Positions 10,874-20,400 of a DNA stretch of 64,000 nt are shown in pieces. The position numbers and the translations under genes are program-made. The first letter of the stretch is position 1; each line of letters starts with the position of its first letter. The notes under the pieces were generated by a model that made no database searches, was not told the origin of the DNA, and worked only from the letters and a program-made list of their open reading frames with translations. Origin of the DNA: Vulcanimicrobiota bacterium (GTDB lineage Bacteria > Vulcanimicrobiota > Vulcanimicrobiia > Vulcanimicrobiales > Vulcanimicrobiaceae). The stretch covers positions 832,001 through 896,000 of the forward strand of contig CAVTCS010000003.1 of the NCBI GenBank assembly GCA_963733295.1, in the 5' to 3' direction.

Positions 10874-11143
10874 CTAACTCCGGTTGCGGCCGCGAGTAAA
10901 GACGATCGCCAGCGATGCGACGACCGCGGCGACGCTGATGGCGGGATGCGCGCGCAGGTAGAGCCGTGGTGCGTTCGGGGCGCCCGAGAGGAGGATCGTG
11001 AGCTCGACGCCCCAGAGCAGCGCGATGAGCACGAGGAGTGCGACGTGCAGGCGGGGACGATCGAGCAGAATGAACGCGATCGCGCCGAAGAGCGCGACTC
11101 CGACGACGGCGAGGTCGAGGTAGAGGCGCACGGGATCGTTCAC
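10874..11143 (-). CDS. Small membrane protein, hypothetical
   Basis: 89 aa, three hydrophobic segments; GTGA overlap with ftcD stop. Confidence 0.6.
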   Translation of the reverse strand: MNDPVRLYLDLAVVGVALFGAIAFILLDRPRLHVALLVLIALLWGVELTILLSGAPNAPRLYLRAHPAISVAAVVASLAIVFTRGRNRS

Positions 11144-12006
11144 GCTCGCCGGAGTACCGAGGCGTCAATCCCCAGCGAGCGGGCTGCGACGGCTTCCAAC
11201 GCTGCGCGCGGGACGAGGCCGATCGTCTCGCTGCGCGCGATCGGGATTCCGCGGCGTGCCGCGCGCCGGCGGATGAATTCGAAGACCCGGTAGAGCGGAA
11301 CGGCGCTCGGAGCGGTGAGGTTGCACGAGACCTGAACGTGTCCGGCATCGAGTGCGATGCCGAGTGCGCGTACGCTGCGCAAGCCGCCGCTTCGCTCGCG
11401 CAGTTCGCGCGCAATTTCTCGCGCGGCGCGTACGTCGCCGCCGGCCAAAACGACGTTGAACGCGATCAAGATCGGCCGTGCGCCGGCGGCCACCGAACCT
11501 GCGCTCGGATGCGCGCGCACCTCGCCGACGTCGGGCGGCCCGGTAGGATGCTCCGCGGCGATCAAACCTTCAAATTGGCCGGCGCGCACGTCCGCCAGAA
11601 GACGACGGGCCGGGCTCGTCGCCGCGGCTCCGTAGAACATCGTGGGTACGCCGGTTCGCTCCCAGATCTTCAGCGCGCTTTCGCGCGCGAGTTCGACCGC
11701 TTCGCTCATGCGTGCCGTTCCGAGCGGCACGAACGGCAGGACGTCGAGCGCGCCGATGCGCGGATGCGCGCCACGGTGCCGGCGCAGATCGATACGCGCC
11801 GTCGTTACTTCGGCCAGTGCCAGCGCCGCGCGCGAGACCTCCTCGCGCGTTCCGAAAAACGTGAAGACCGAACGGTTGTGGATCGGGTCGCTGGTACGAT
11901 GCGCGAGCAACGCGCCGGCCCCTTCGATCGCCGCGGCGCACGCCTCCACCACGGCCGCGTCGCGACCTTCCGAGACGTTGGGCACGCATTCGAACAGCGC
12001 CGCCAC
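11140..12006 (-). CDS. ftcD: Glutamate formimidoyltransferase
   Basis: ECVPNVSEGRD, DPIHNRSV, HRGAHPRIGALDVLPFVP; GTG start right after radA stop. Confidence 0.92.
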   Translation of the reverse strand: MAALFECVPNVSEGRDAAVVEACAAAIEGAGALLAHRTSDPIHNRSVFTFFGTREEVSRAALALAEVTTARIDLRRHRGAHPRIGALDVLPFVPLGTARMSEAVELARESALKIWERTGVPTMFYGAAATSPARRLLADVRAGQFEGLIAAEHPTGPPDVGEVRAHPSAGSVAAGARPILIAFNVVLAGGDVRAAREIARELRERSGGLRSVRALGIALDAGHVQVSCNLTAPSAVPLYRVFEFIRRRAARRGIPIARSETIGLVPRAALEAVAARSLGIDASVLRRA

Positions 12007-12007
12007 G

Positions 12008-13357
12008 TCAGCCGAGGACGGCGGCGATCGCGCTCGCCACATCGGGAACTGCGGTCGATCCGTCGCGTTCTTTCGCATTGCCCGGCGGTGCGACGATCGC
12101 CTCGAAACCGAGTTTGCGCGCCTCGGCGATGCGCCGCGCGCGCTGGGCGACGGGCCGCACCTCGCCGGAAAGCCCGAGCTCGCCGAACGCCGCGGTCGCG
12201 GGCGGCAAGGGGGTCCCCCGGAATGCGGAGGCTACCGCTAAGGCGATACCGAGATCGGCCGCCGGCTCGACGACCCGCAGACCGCCCGCGACCGATGCGT
12301 ACACGTCGAACGCTCCCAGGTGCATCCCCGCGCGACGTTCGAGCACCGCGAGAATCATCGCGAGCCGGGAGCGATCGACGTTCGCCGCCAGACGCTGAGG
12401 AGTTCCGTACGCGGTCTCGCCGACGAGCGCCTGAATCTCGACGAGAACCGGGCGCGAGCCGACGATGCTCGCCACGACGCACGATCCGCTCGGGCGCTCG
12501 CGTGTGCGCCCGCCCAGGAACAGTTGCGAAGGGTTGCGCACTTCGTGCAAACCGCGTTCGTCCATCGAGAAAACGCAAATCTCGTCGGCACTTCCGAAAC
12601 GATTCTTATGCGCCCGAACGATGCGATGCTCGGCGCCGTTGTCGCCTTCGAAGTACAGCACGGTATCCACCAGGTGCTCGAGCAGACGCGGACCGGCGAT
12701 CGAACCGTCCTTCGTCACGTGTCCGACGAGAAAAGTCGCGCAGCCCGTCGTCTTGGCGAAGGTCATCAGCGCCGCGGCGCAATCGCGCACTTGCGCGACG
12801 CTCCCCGCGAATGACTCCACCTCCGGCAGCGACATGGTTTGAATCGAATCCACGATCAGCGCTCGCGGTCGCAACGTATCCATCTGCTCGAGGATCGCGC
12901 GCAGGTCGGTCTCGGGAAAGAGCAGCAGTTCGCCGGCTGCCCCGAGTCGCGCCGCACGCAACTTCGTCTGCGCGGCCGACTCTTCGCCGCACACGTACAC
13001 CGCAGGCCCGGCATGTTGGGCTAAGTAGGTCGCGATTTGGAGAAGCAACGTCGACTTGCCGGCCCCGGGCGGTCCGCCGATCAAAACGAGACTCCCCGGC
13101 ACGATCCCGCCTCCGAGCAGCGCGTCGAATTCCACGAAACCGCTCGAGAGGCGCTCGCCGTGCACCGGCGAGACGTCTGCTAGGCGCACCGGTGCGGCGG
13201 GCGCGTTCGAGCCGCGCAGTGCGGCCGGCCTCGCCTTCGCCGGAAGCGGAGCCTCCGCGAAGGTGTTCCAAGCTTCGCAGGCGGGACAACGTCCGAGCCA
13301 GCGAGTCGACTCGTGTCCGCAGGCCGAACAGAAGAAGAGCGTGCGCGCTTTCGCCAT
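12008..13357 (-). CDS. radA: DNA repair protein RadA/Sms
   Basis: C4 zinc finger CSACG...CPACEAW, Walker A GPPGAGKST, KNRFG, Lon-like C-terminal domain. Confidence 0.97.
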   Translation of the reverse strand: MAKARTLFFCSACGHESTRWLGRCPACEAWNTFAEAPLPAKARPAALRGSNAPAAPVRLADVSPVHGERLSSGFVEFDALLGGGIVPGSLVLIGGPPGAGKSTLLLQIATYLAQHAGPAVYVCGEESAAQTKLRAARLGAAGELLLFPETDLRAILEQMDTLRPRALIVDSIQTMSLPEVESFAGSVAQVRDCAAALMTFAKTTGCATFLVGHVTKDGSIAGPRLLEHLVDTVLYFEGDNGAEHRIVRAHKNRFGSADEICVFSMDERGLHEVRNPSQLFLGGRTRERPSGSCVVASIVGSRPVLVEIQALVGETAYGTPQRLAANVDRSRLAMILAVLERRAGMHLGAFDVYASVAGGLRVVEPAADLGIALAVASAFRGTPLPPATAAFGELGLSGEVRPVAQRARRIAEARKLGFEAIVAPPGNAKERDGSTAVPDVASAIAAVLG

Positions 13358-13420
13358 GCTAGTCAGCAACCGTTCGGGCGACGAGCCCCGAGTTCCCGAT
13401 GCGCTTACGCGCGATCGACG

Positions 13421-14233
13421 TTAGCGATGTCCGCCGGAGAACCCATGCATGGCGCCGCCCATCCCGCCACCACCGGTCATGTGGCCGGTCGAACCGTGAT
13501 AGCCGCCGCTATAGCCGCCGCGATATCCGTTGCTGTAGCCGCCGCGATAGCCGTTGCTGTAGCCGCCGCGATAGCCGTTGTAGTAGCCTCCGCGATATCC
13601 GTTGCCGTAGTAGCCTCCACGATATCCATAGTACCCGCCGTGGTATCCGTAGTAGCCGCCGTGGTATCCGTAATAACCGCGATATCCGTAATAATTTCCG
13701 AAGTAGAACGCGGCGCTAAACGCAAGACCGAGACCGAACGCCGCGACCGGATAGTACCACGGGTACACGCCGTAATAACCGGGATAGCCGTAGTAACCGG
13801 GATAGCCGTAGTACGACGGGTAAGCCTGACCGCCGCCGTAGCCGTAGCCATACGCCGATGGATCGGGAGCGCTCGAGATCGAGTAGGGCGTATCGATCTG
13901 AAGTGCAACGAACGTCTTGCCGGACGTGTATCCGCTGACCGTGATGCGCATGCCCTCGATCAGACGCAGTCCCGTCGGATTGATGATCGTGCCGTCACGC
14001 AACTGCACGTTGTCGACGAAGCCGCGATCGTCGCTCAAGAACAGCGTGTACTTCCCGTCGAAACTCGACACCGTTCCGGTGATGGACTCATGGGCCGGCG
14101 CCGCCTGCGCGGGCCGCGCGTATGAGGGCAAAGCTTGCGCGTTTGCAACGCACGGCGCAACGAGTGCCGCGAGCACCAGCGTTGCGAGGAGTTTCCTGGG
14201 AACGGACCGCGCAGACTCGAACATGACAGCCAT
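13421..14233 (-). CDS. Secreted protein with small beta domain and Gly/Tyr/Arg-rich repeat tail
   Basis: Signal peptide (KLLATLVLAALVAPCVANA), beta-rich segment, then GYPGYY / GYRGGY repeats; start 14233 or 14224. Confidence 0.75.
   Translation of the reverse strand: MAVMFESARSVPRKLLATLVLAALVAPCVANAQALPSYARPAQAAPAHESITGTVSSFDGKYTLFLSDDRGFVDNVQLRDGTIINPTGLRLIEGMRITVSGYTSGKTFVALQIDTPYSISSAPDPSAYGYGYGGGQAYPSYYGYPGYYGYPGYYGVYPWYYPVAAFGLGLAFSAAFYFGNYYGYRGYYGYHGGYYGYHGGYYGYRGGYYGNGYRGGYYNGYRGGYSNGYRGGYSNGYRGGYSGGYHGSTGHMTGGGGMGGAMHGFSGGHR
13511..13690 (-). repeat. Intragenic tandem repeats (4x24 nt, then about 3x21 nt) encoding NGYRGGY[SY] / GY[HR]GGYY
   Basis: Units like gtagccgccgcgatagccgttgct at 13511, 13535, 13559, 13583; 21-nt units at 13607, 13628, 13649. 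Confidence 0.85.
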
Positions 14234-14320
14234 CCTTATTCTCTTAACGCACGACGCTGCCCTGGAGTTGCCGTTGCCGTCAAGGTTACAGTGCAGGCGG
14301 CGAGAACGCAGGCGCACGCA

Positions 14321-15004
14321 ATGAGTGCCTTCGCGCACGTCGCGATCGACGGCCCGGCCGGCAGCGGTAAGACGACCGTCGCGCGCGCGCTCGCACGCCG
14401 GCTCGGCATTCTCTATCTCGACACCGGGGCGATGTACCGGGCGCTGGCGCTCGCCGTGCTGCGGGCCGGGCTCGACCCGGGCGATGAGAGCGCCGTCGAA
14501 CGGCTGGCTCGCCTGCGGCCGATCCGGGTCGTCTTCGAAGCGTCGGCGCCGCACGGCTACCGAGTGTTCGCCGGCGCCGACGAGTTCGGCGACGAACTCG
14601 ACGGCAACGAGGTGAGCCGCGTCGTCTCACAAGTGGCGGCCCACCCGCGCGTTCGCGAGCTGATGGTCGCAAGCCAGCGCGAGATCGCCGCCCGCGGTCC
14701 CGTCGTCATGGCCGGTCGCGATATCGGTACCGTCGTTCTGCCCGCGGCGCCGGTCAAGATTTTCCTGACGGCTTCACGCGATGCGCGCGTGGCCCGCCGA
14801 CTCTCCGAGCTCAGCGGACGCGGTGCGGACATCGCGCTCGACGAGCTGCGGGCCCAGATGTCCGAGCGCGACCGGCTCGACGAGAACCGGGCCGTTGCGC
14901 CCTTGAAAGCGGCCCCGGGCGCCGTCGTCATCGATTCGAGCCGCCTCGGCGTGGACGAGGTCGTCGAGCAGATCGCCGCGCTCGTCGCGGCAGCGGCCCG
15001 GTGA
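14321..15004 (+). CDS. cmk: Cytidylate kinase
   Basis: AIDGPAGSGKTT, LDTGAMYRA, GRDIGTVV, RAVAPL. Confidence 0.96.
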   Translation: MSAFAHVAIDGPAGSGKTTVARALARRLGILYLDTGAMYRALALAVLRAGLDPGDESAVERLARLRPIRVVFEASAPHGYRVFAGADEFGDELDGNEVSRVVSQVAAHPRVRELMVASQREIAARGPVVMAGRDIGTVVLPAAPVKIFLTASRDARVARRLSELSGRGADIALDELRAQMSERDRLDENRAVAPLKAAPGAVVIDSSRLGVDEVVEQIAALVAAAAR

Positions 15005-15591
15005 ACGCCCCCTTTTACGCCTTCAGCCGGGGTCTCGTCCGCCTGGTGCTACGGGCCGGCTGGCGCCTCAGAGTCGTCGGCGCGGAGCGCGTCCCGCTCA
15101 CGGGACCTCTCATCGTGGCCTGCAACCACGTCTCGTATTTCGACCCGCCGGCCTTGGGCGCGGCCGCCCCTCGGCCTATCCGTTACATGGCCAAGACCGA
15201 GCTTTTCAAGCTACCCCTCCTCGGGCCGGTGATCGCCGCCCTGGGGGCCTACCCGGTCGACCGCTCGCGCGGCGACGTCGCGGCGATCAGGCGCTCCCTC
15301 GATGTGCTCAAGACCGGCGCCGCATTGGGTATCTTCCCGGAGGGAACCCGGAATCCGACCGGCTCGATCGCGCCGCAATCCGGCGTCGCGCTGCTCGCCG
15401 CCCTGTCGGGCGCCACGGTTCTCCCGGCGTACGTCGACGGCACAACCGATCCGAAACGCTTTGGGCGCATAACCGTCGTGTTCGGTGAGCCCCTTCAACT
15501 CACGCGGACCCAGAAAGCGAGGCGCGAAGACTTGGCGAAGCATACGGACGAGATCATGACCCGCGTCTTCGAGCTCCGAGAAAGGCTCTAG
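15001..15591 (+). CDS. plsC: 1-acyl-sn-glycerol-3-phosphate acyltransferase
   Basis: NHVSYFD (HX4D), FPEGTR. Confidence 0.92.
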   Translation: MNAPFYAFSRGLVRLVLRAGWRLRVVGAERVPLTGPLIVACNHVSYFDPPALGAAAPRPIRYMAKTELFKLPLLGPVIAALGAYPVDRSRGDVAAIRRSLDVLKTGAALGIFPEGTRNPTGSIAPQSGVALLAALSGATVLPAYVDGTTDPKRFGRITVVFGEPLQLTRTQKARREDLAKHTDEIMTRVFELRERL

Positions 15592-16433
15592 TGCAGATCA
15601 AGAAGGCCAAGACCCAAGGGTTCTGTTTCGGCGTGGCGATCACGTTGAAGAAGGCCGAAGAGACCGTTGCATCGGTCGGCGACGTCACGACGCTCGGGCA
15701 TATCGTGCACAATCCGCAAATGGTGCGCTCCTTCGAAGAGAAGGGTCTGCGCAACGCCGACTCGGTCGACGATGTCGACTCGGGAACGCTCTTCGTGCGG
15801 GCACACGGTTTACCGGTCGAAGTCTTCGAAACGGCCAACCGCAAGGGGCTTCAGATCGTCGACGCGACGTGTCCTATGGTCACGAAGATTCACGTCCAAG
15901 CCGAGAAGCTGCGCGCCGACGGTTACAAGATTCTGGTCGTCGGCGATCCGAACCATCCTGAAGTCAAGGGGACGCTCAGCCACGTTCCGGGCGCCTGGTG
16001 CATCCAAGGCCCCGACGACGTCGATGCGCTGCCGCGGGCGAGCAAAGTCGGTGTCGTCGTGCAGTCGACGTGGTCGGGCGCCGGCTTCACCGAGATCGTG
16101 CAAAAGCTCAGTTCGAAATACTACGAAGTGCGCGCCGTCAATACGATCTGCACCGACACGCACAACCGTCAGTTCGAAGCCGCACAGCTCGCGAAAGAAG
16201 TAGAAGTCATGGTCGTCGTGGGCGGCAAAACGTCGGCCAACACCAAACACTTAGCCGATCTCGCGGCAACGCAGGGTGCCCGGTCGTACCACATCGAGGG
16301 TCCCGACGAACTGCAGCCGCAATGGTTTGACGGCGTTGCCGTCGCCGGTTTGATGTCGGGCGCGTCGACGCCCGGATGGCTCGTCGATCGCGTCGAGGAG
16401 CGCATGGAGGCACTCAGCCGTCGAGCTAGTTAG
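15591..16433 (+). CDS. ispH: 4-hydroxy-3-methylbut-2-enyl diphosphate reductase
   Basis: GFCFGV, VHN, RAHG, DATCP, HPEV, TIC, SAN, GASTP. Confidence 0.96.
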   Translation: MQIKKAKTQGFCFGVAITLKKAEETVASVGDVTTLGHIVHNPQMVRSFEEKGLRNADSVDDVDSGTLFVRAHGLPVEVFETANRKGLQIVDATCPMVTKIHVQAEKLRADGYKILVVGDPNHPEVKGTLSHVPGAWCIQGPDDVDALPRASKVGVVVQSTWSGAGFTEIVQKLSSKYYEVRAVNTICTDTHNRQFEAAQLAKEVEVMVVVGGKTSANTKHLADLAATQGARSYHIEGPDELQPQWFDGVAVAGLMSGASTPGWLVDRVEERMEALSRRAS

Positions 16434-16497
16434 CGTCATCGAGGCCCATCTCGCGCGCACGATCGAGCGGCACCGCGGATCGTCTCCGATATACGAG

Positions 16498-17412
16498 ATG
16501 ATCCGCTATCATTTCGGTTACCATGCTGCCGGGGAGTCGATGTCCGGGAAGCGCTTACGACCCCAGCTTCTCCTGCGCACGGCGCTGGCCGAGGGGGGAA
16601 CCGTAGAATGTGCGCTCGACGCGGCGGTGGCGATCGAGATTTTGCATAACTATTCGCTCGTTCATGACGATATTGAAGACGGCGACGAACTGCGCCACGG
16701 CCGAACGACGCTCTGGGCCCATTTCGGCGCCCCGCACGGGATCAACGTGGGGGATGCGCTCTGCGCGATCAGTTACCTCACCCTGCTGCACGAGGAGGCC
16801 GTCGTTCCGAGCAACCGCGTCGTCGAGATGTTGCACGTGCTTCACGAAGCAAACCTGCGAATGTGTGAAGGCCAAGGCCTGGACATCGGCTTCGAAACGT
16901 TGCCGACCGTCTCGATGGACCAATATCTCGAAATGATTGCCGGAAAGACGGGCGCGCTCTTTGCCGCCTCGTGCGAACTAGGCGCGCTCGCCGCCGGGGC
17001 CGAACCGGCTCGCGCCGCCGAATACGCGAAGCTCGGCCGCGCGTACGGCCGCGCCTTTCAGATCCGCGACGACGTCCTCGGGACCTGGGGTTCGAGCCGA
17101 GTTACCGGCAAGCCCAGCGGGGCCGACATCGCGCGCCGCAAGTGGAGCTTTCCGGTGGTCTGGGCCCTCGGCACGCCACCTTCGTCCGACCGCGATATCA
17201 TTGCTCGGGCTTACGAGCGCTGCTCGCGACTCGAATCCGGCGGCATCCCCGAGGTGATCGGCGCGCTCGAGCGTCTCGGCGCTCGCGTCGCTGCCGACGA
17301 GATGCACGACCGCGCGCTGGCCGAAGCGGACGAGATCGCGGGGCGCGCCGCGCTCGACCGCGAGAACGCGATTCGCAATTTCCTCGCGCGCGGAGCGCGG
17401 CGCGTTGCGTAG
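16498..17412 (+). CDS. Polyprenyl diphosphate synthase (trans-prenyltransferase)
   Basis: GKRLRP, first Asp-rich motif SLVHDDIED, GQGLD, second motif FQIRDDVL, GKP; true start may be upstream. Confidence 0.92.
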   Translation: MIRYHFGYHAAGESMSGKRLRPQLLLRTALAEGGTVECALDAAVAIEILHNYSLVHDDIEDGDELRHGRTTLWAHFGAPHGINVGDALCAISYLTLLHEEAVVPSNRVVEMLHVLHEANLRMCEGQGLDIGFETLPTVSMDQYLEMIAGKTGALFAASCELGALAAGAEPARAAEYAKLGRAYGRAFQIRDDVLGTWGSSRVTGKPSGADIARRKWSFPVVWALGTPPSSDRDIIARAYERCSRLESGGIPEVIGALERLGARVAADEMHDRALAEADEIAGRAALDRENAIRNFLARGARRVA

Positions 17413-20400
17413 CGCGGTCCGCACTGCCGGCGCGGCGCTCGAACGTGCCGACCGCTCGGCGCTCAGCGAGACGCTCATCCTCGGCGGAATCTTGTTCGCC
17501 GGCTTTCTCATCCGGCTGGTTTTCATCCACGCCGACGGTTTCAAGAACGACGTCGGCACGTTCGAGGCGTGGGCCTTGACGCTGGCCGAACATCCGATGC
17601 GCGAGTTTTACGACAAGGCCGGCTTCGCCGACTATCCGCCCGGGTATTTCTTCGTGCTGTGGGGCGTCGGACACGTGTACAAACTCGTCGTTCACGCCGG
17701 CGGCGATCCCGGCTACGGGCTCCTGAAGATCTTCGTCAAGCTTCCCGCGATCCTCATGGATCTCGTCGACGGGTATTTGATCTTCGCGATCGTGCGGCGC
17801 TTCGCGTCGCTCTCGTGGGCGTTCGCCGCGATGGCGTTGTTCGTGTTCAATCCGGCCGTCATCTTCATATCGGCTTACTGGGGTCAAGTCGACTCCGTGG
17901 CGGCCGGAGTAACCCTCGCCGCGCTGCTCTTTATCGTTAACGCGGACCGTGCGAGTCGCACCGTGCTCGCGCTGTACGTCGTCCTCGCCTGGCTCGCGCT
18001 GGCGTACTCGATCCTCATCAAGCCCCCCGCGATCGTCATCATACCGCTCTTGCTGGCGTTTCCGTTCGCGACTCGCGACGGCGCCATTCGCGTCGCTCGC
18101 CTGCGCGCGACGGGTCTCGGGATTCTCGCGGCGCTCGTGATGTCGTACGACGTCGCGATCGCCTTCCATCCGGCGCTCAGTCCGATCGTCGAGTTCCGCT
18201 GGCTCTACGATCGCTACGCATACGCCAGCGGCGTCTACGCCTACAGCTCGGTCAACGCGTTCAACATCTACGCGCTGGTTCACCACTTTTGGGAGCCGGA
18301 CACGCAGCTCGTTCCCGATTGGCAGCTGTTCGACCGCCACATCGGGTTACCGCAATTCGTCTGGGGCATCTTGCTGCTCCTCGTCGCGGTCGGGCTCGTC
18401 GTCTCGCGTTACGTCCAGCGCCGCGAGATCGTCGCGCTGCTCGAAGGGGCGATGATCTTGTCGCTCGGCTACTTCGTGCTCTCGACCAGAATGCACGAAC
18501 GCTACATCTTCAACGCCGTGGCGCTCGCCGTTCCGCTCGTGTTTTATCGCCGGCGGTACCTTTACGCCACGTTCATCCTGTCCGCGACGCTGCTCGGCAA
18601 CCTGATCTACTCCCTCGATTATCTCTACGTGATGGACGCGAAGATCCAGGGCGTCGATGCGGGCAACTTGATGCCGTTCCTGAGCCACCCGGCGTCGTTT
18701 GCGAACGTGATCGCGTTCTTCTATCTCGGCTACGTGTTCCTCGGCTCGGGAAGCGACGTGCTCGACCGCGTCGACCTGGGAGGCCTGACCGCGCGTGCGG
18801 GGGAGTCGGTGCGCCGCTGGTTCGCGCCTCTGGAAGGCCTCAGCGTGATGAGCGTGCGCGACTGGACGATCGCGGGTGCCCTGACCGCCGGCTCGTTCGT
18901 GCTGACCTTCGTCAACTATTGGTTCCCGGCGGAGAAGATTTTCGACGAGATCTACTACGCGCGAGCGGGCGAAGAGTATCTGCAACACCGCGAGATCTTC
19001 GAGTTCACCCACCCGCCGCTGACGAAGTTAATCATCACGCTGTCGATGATGCTGTTCGGCGGGATGCACGGTCTAGGCGACACGTCGTGGGGCTGGCGTT
19101 TCATGAACCTGGTCGTCGGGGCGCTCATGGTGCTCGTGCTCTACTGCTTGGCCAAGCGCATCCTGGGCTCGACGATCTTCGCCACGATAGCCGCCGGCTT
19201 TATGCTCTTCGACGGCTTTCATTTCGCGCAGTCGCGAATCGCAACGCCCGAAATCACCGTCGCGTTTTTCTCGCTCACGACGCTGTACGCGTTCTATCGC
19301 TACTGGATCGCGAGCCAGGTGCGGGTGGCGCCGCGCTTCGAGAAGGCTGCGCTGGGTCCCGGCTTCGTGGCGCTGGGCGTGCTGAGCGTGCTCGCGCTCG
19401 TCTTGACCTACGCGGTGGCCGGCAGTCAAACGACGGCCGCGCGCATCGTCGCGTTCTTGTACTTCGAACTAGCCGGGTATCTGGCGATTCGCGTTTTCCT
19501 GCCGCGCTTCATGAAGCCGCCGCCGCTGACTTCGTATGCGGACGGTTCGATCGTCGTCGCAGGTGCGCTCGAGACGCCCGACGGCGGCGTCGTGCCGGCC
19601 GGTTCGCAAGCGATCGTTCCCGGCGAGACGACGCGCGTCGAAAAAGGTAAGCTCGCTTATGTCGACGCGCCGCTGCGAATCGAGTACGCGCGCGGGGGTG
19701 CCGAGCGCTACTCGACACCCGAGGGCGAAGCGGTCTTCGCGCCCGAAGGCACGATGCAGACTGGTGGCCTAAAGGTCACGGCCTCGGACAGCCGGCTCTG
19801 GTTCTGGCTTCTCTCGATCAGCGCGGGTTGTCTCGCGGCTTGTAAGTGGAACGGGCTCTTCGACTTCTTCGTCGTTTGGCTCTTGGTCGCTGTCGTCGTG
19901 GCGCAACCCTATTGGAGCGCGCTCTTGCGCGGCATGGGCAGGCCGGCGGAATTCCGGCCGGCGTTTTTGGGAAACCCGCGGGGCTTCTCGCTGGACGTCG
20001 TCGTCGGGACGATGCTGCTGGTCGGCGCAACGATTTACGTGCTGAGCTACATTCCGTACTTCACGCTCGGCCATGGCTTGGGCGATCTCGTCGGACTACA
20101 AAACGGGATGTACTGGTATCACCATAACCTTAAGGCGACGCATCCCTACTCGTCGGAGTGGTGGCAGTGGCCGCTCCTGCAGATCCCCGTCTCGTATTAC
20201 TATCACGACTATCGCACCGGCGCCGCGCTCGCGGACGGAACGAAGTGCTGCGTGGGCGAGATCCTCGCCCTGCCCAACCCGGTCGTGTGGTGGTTGGGGT
20301 TGCTCTCGGTTCCGTTCGTTGGCTGGCTGGCTTGGCGCGAACGCAGCAAAGGCTACATCCTGCTCATCGCGGCGTACTTCATCCAGTGGCTGCCCTGGAT

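Noticed and set aside
11338..13362. Long alternative ORFs (e.g. 11338..13362+, 2705..4180+, 5779..7302+, 41979..43508-, 54187..55608-, 61541..62737-)
   Set aside because: Shadow frames overlapping well-supported genes; Arg/Ala/Pro-rich translations typical of high-GC DNA with no motifs
13511..13690. Tandem repeats as a CRISPR array
   Set aside because: No unique spacers; unit lengths are multiples of 3 inside a CDS; no cas genes
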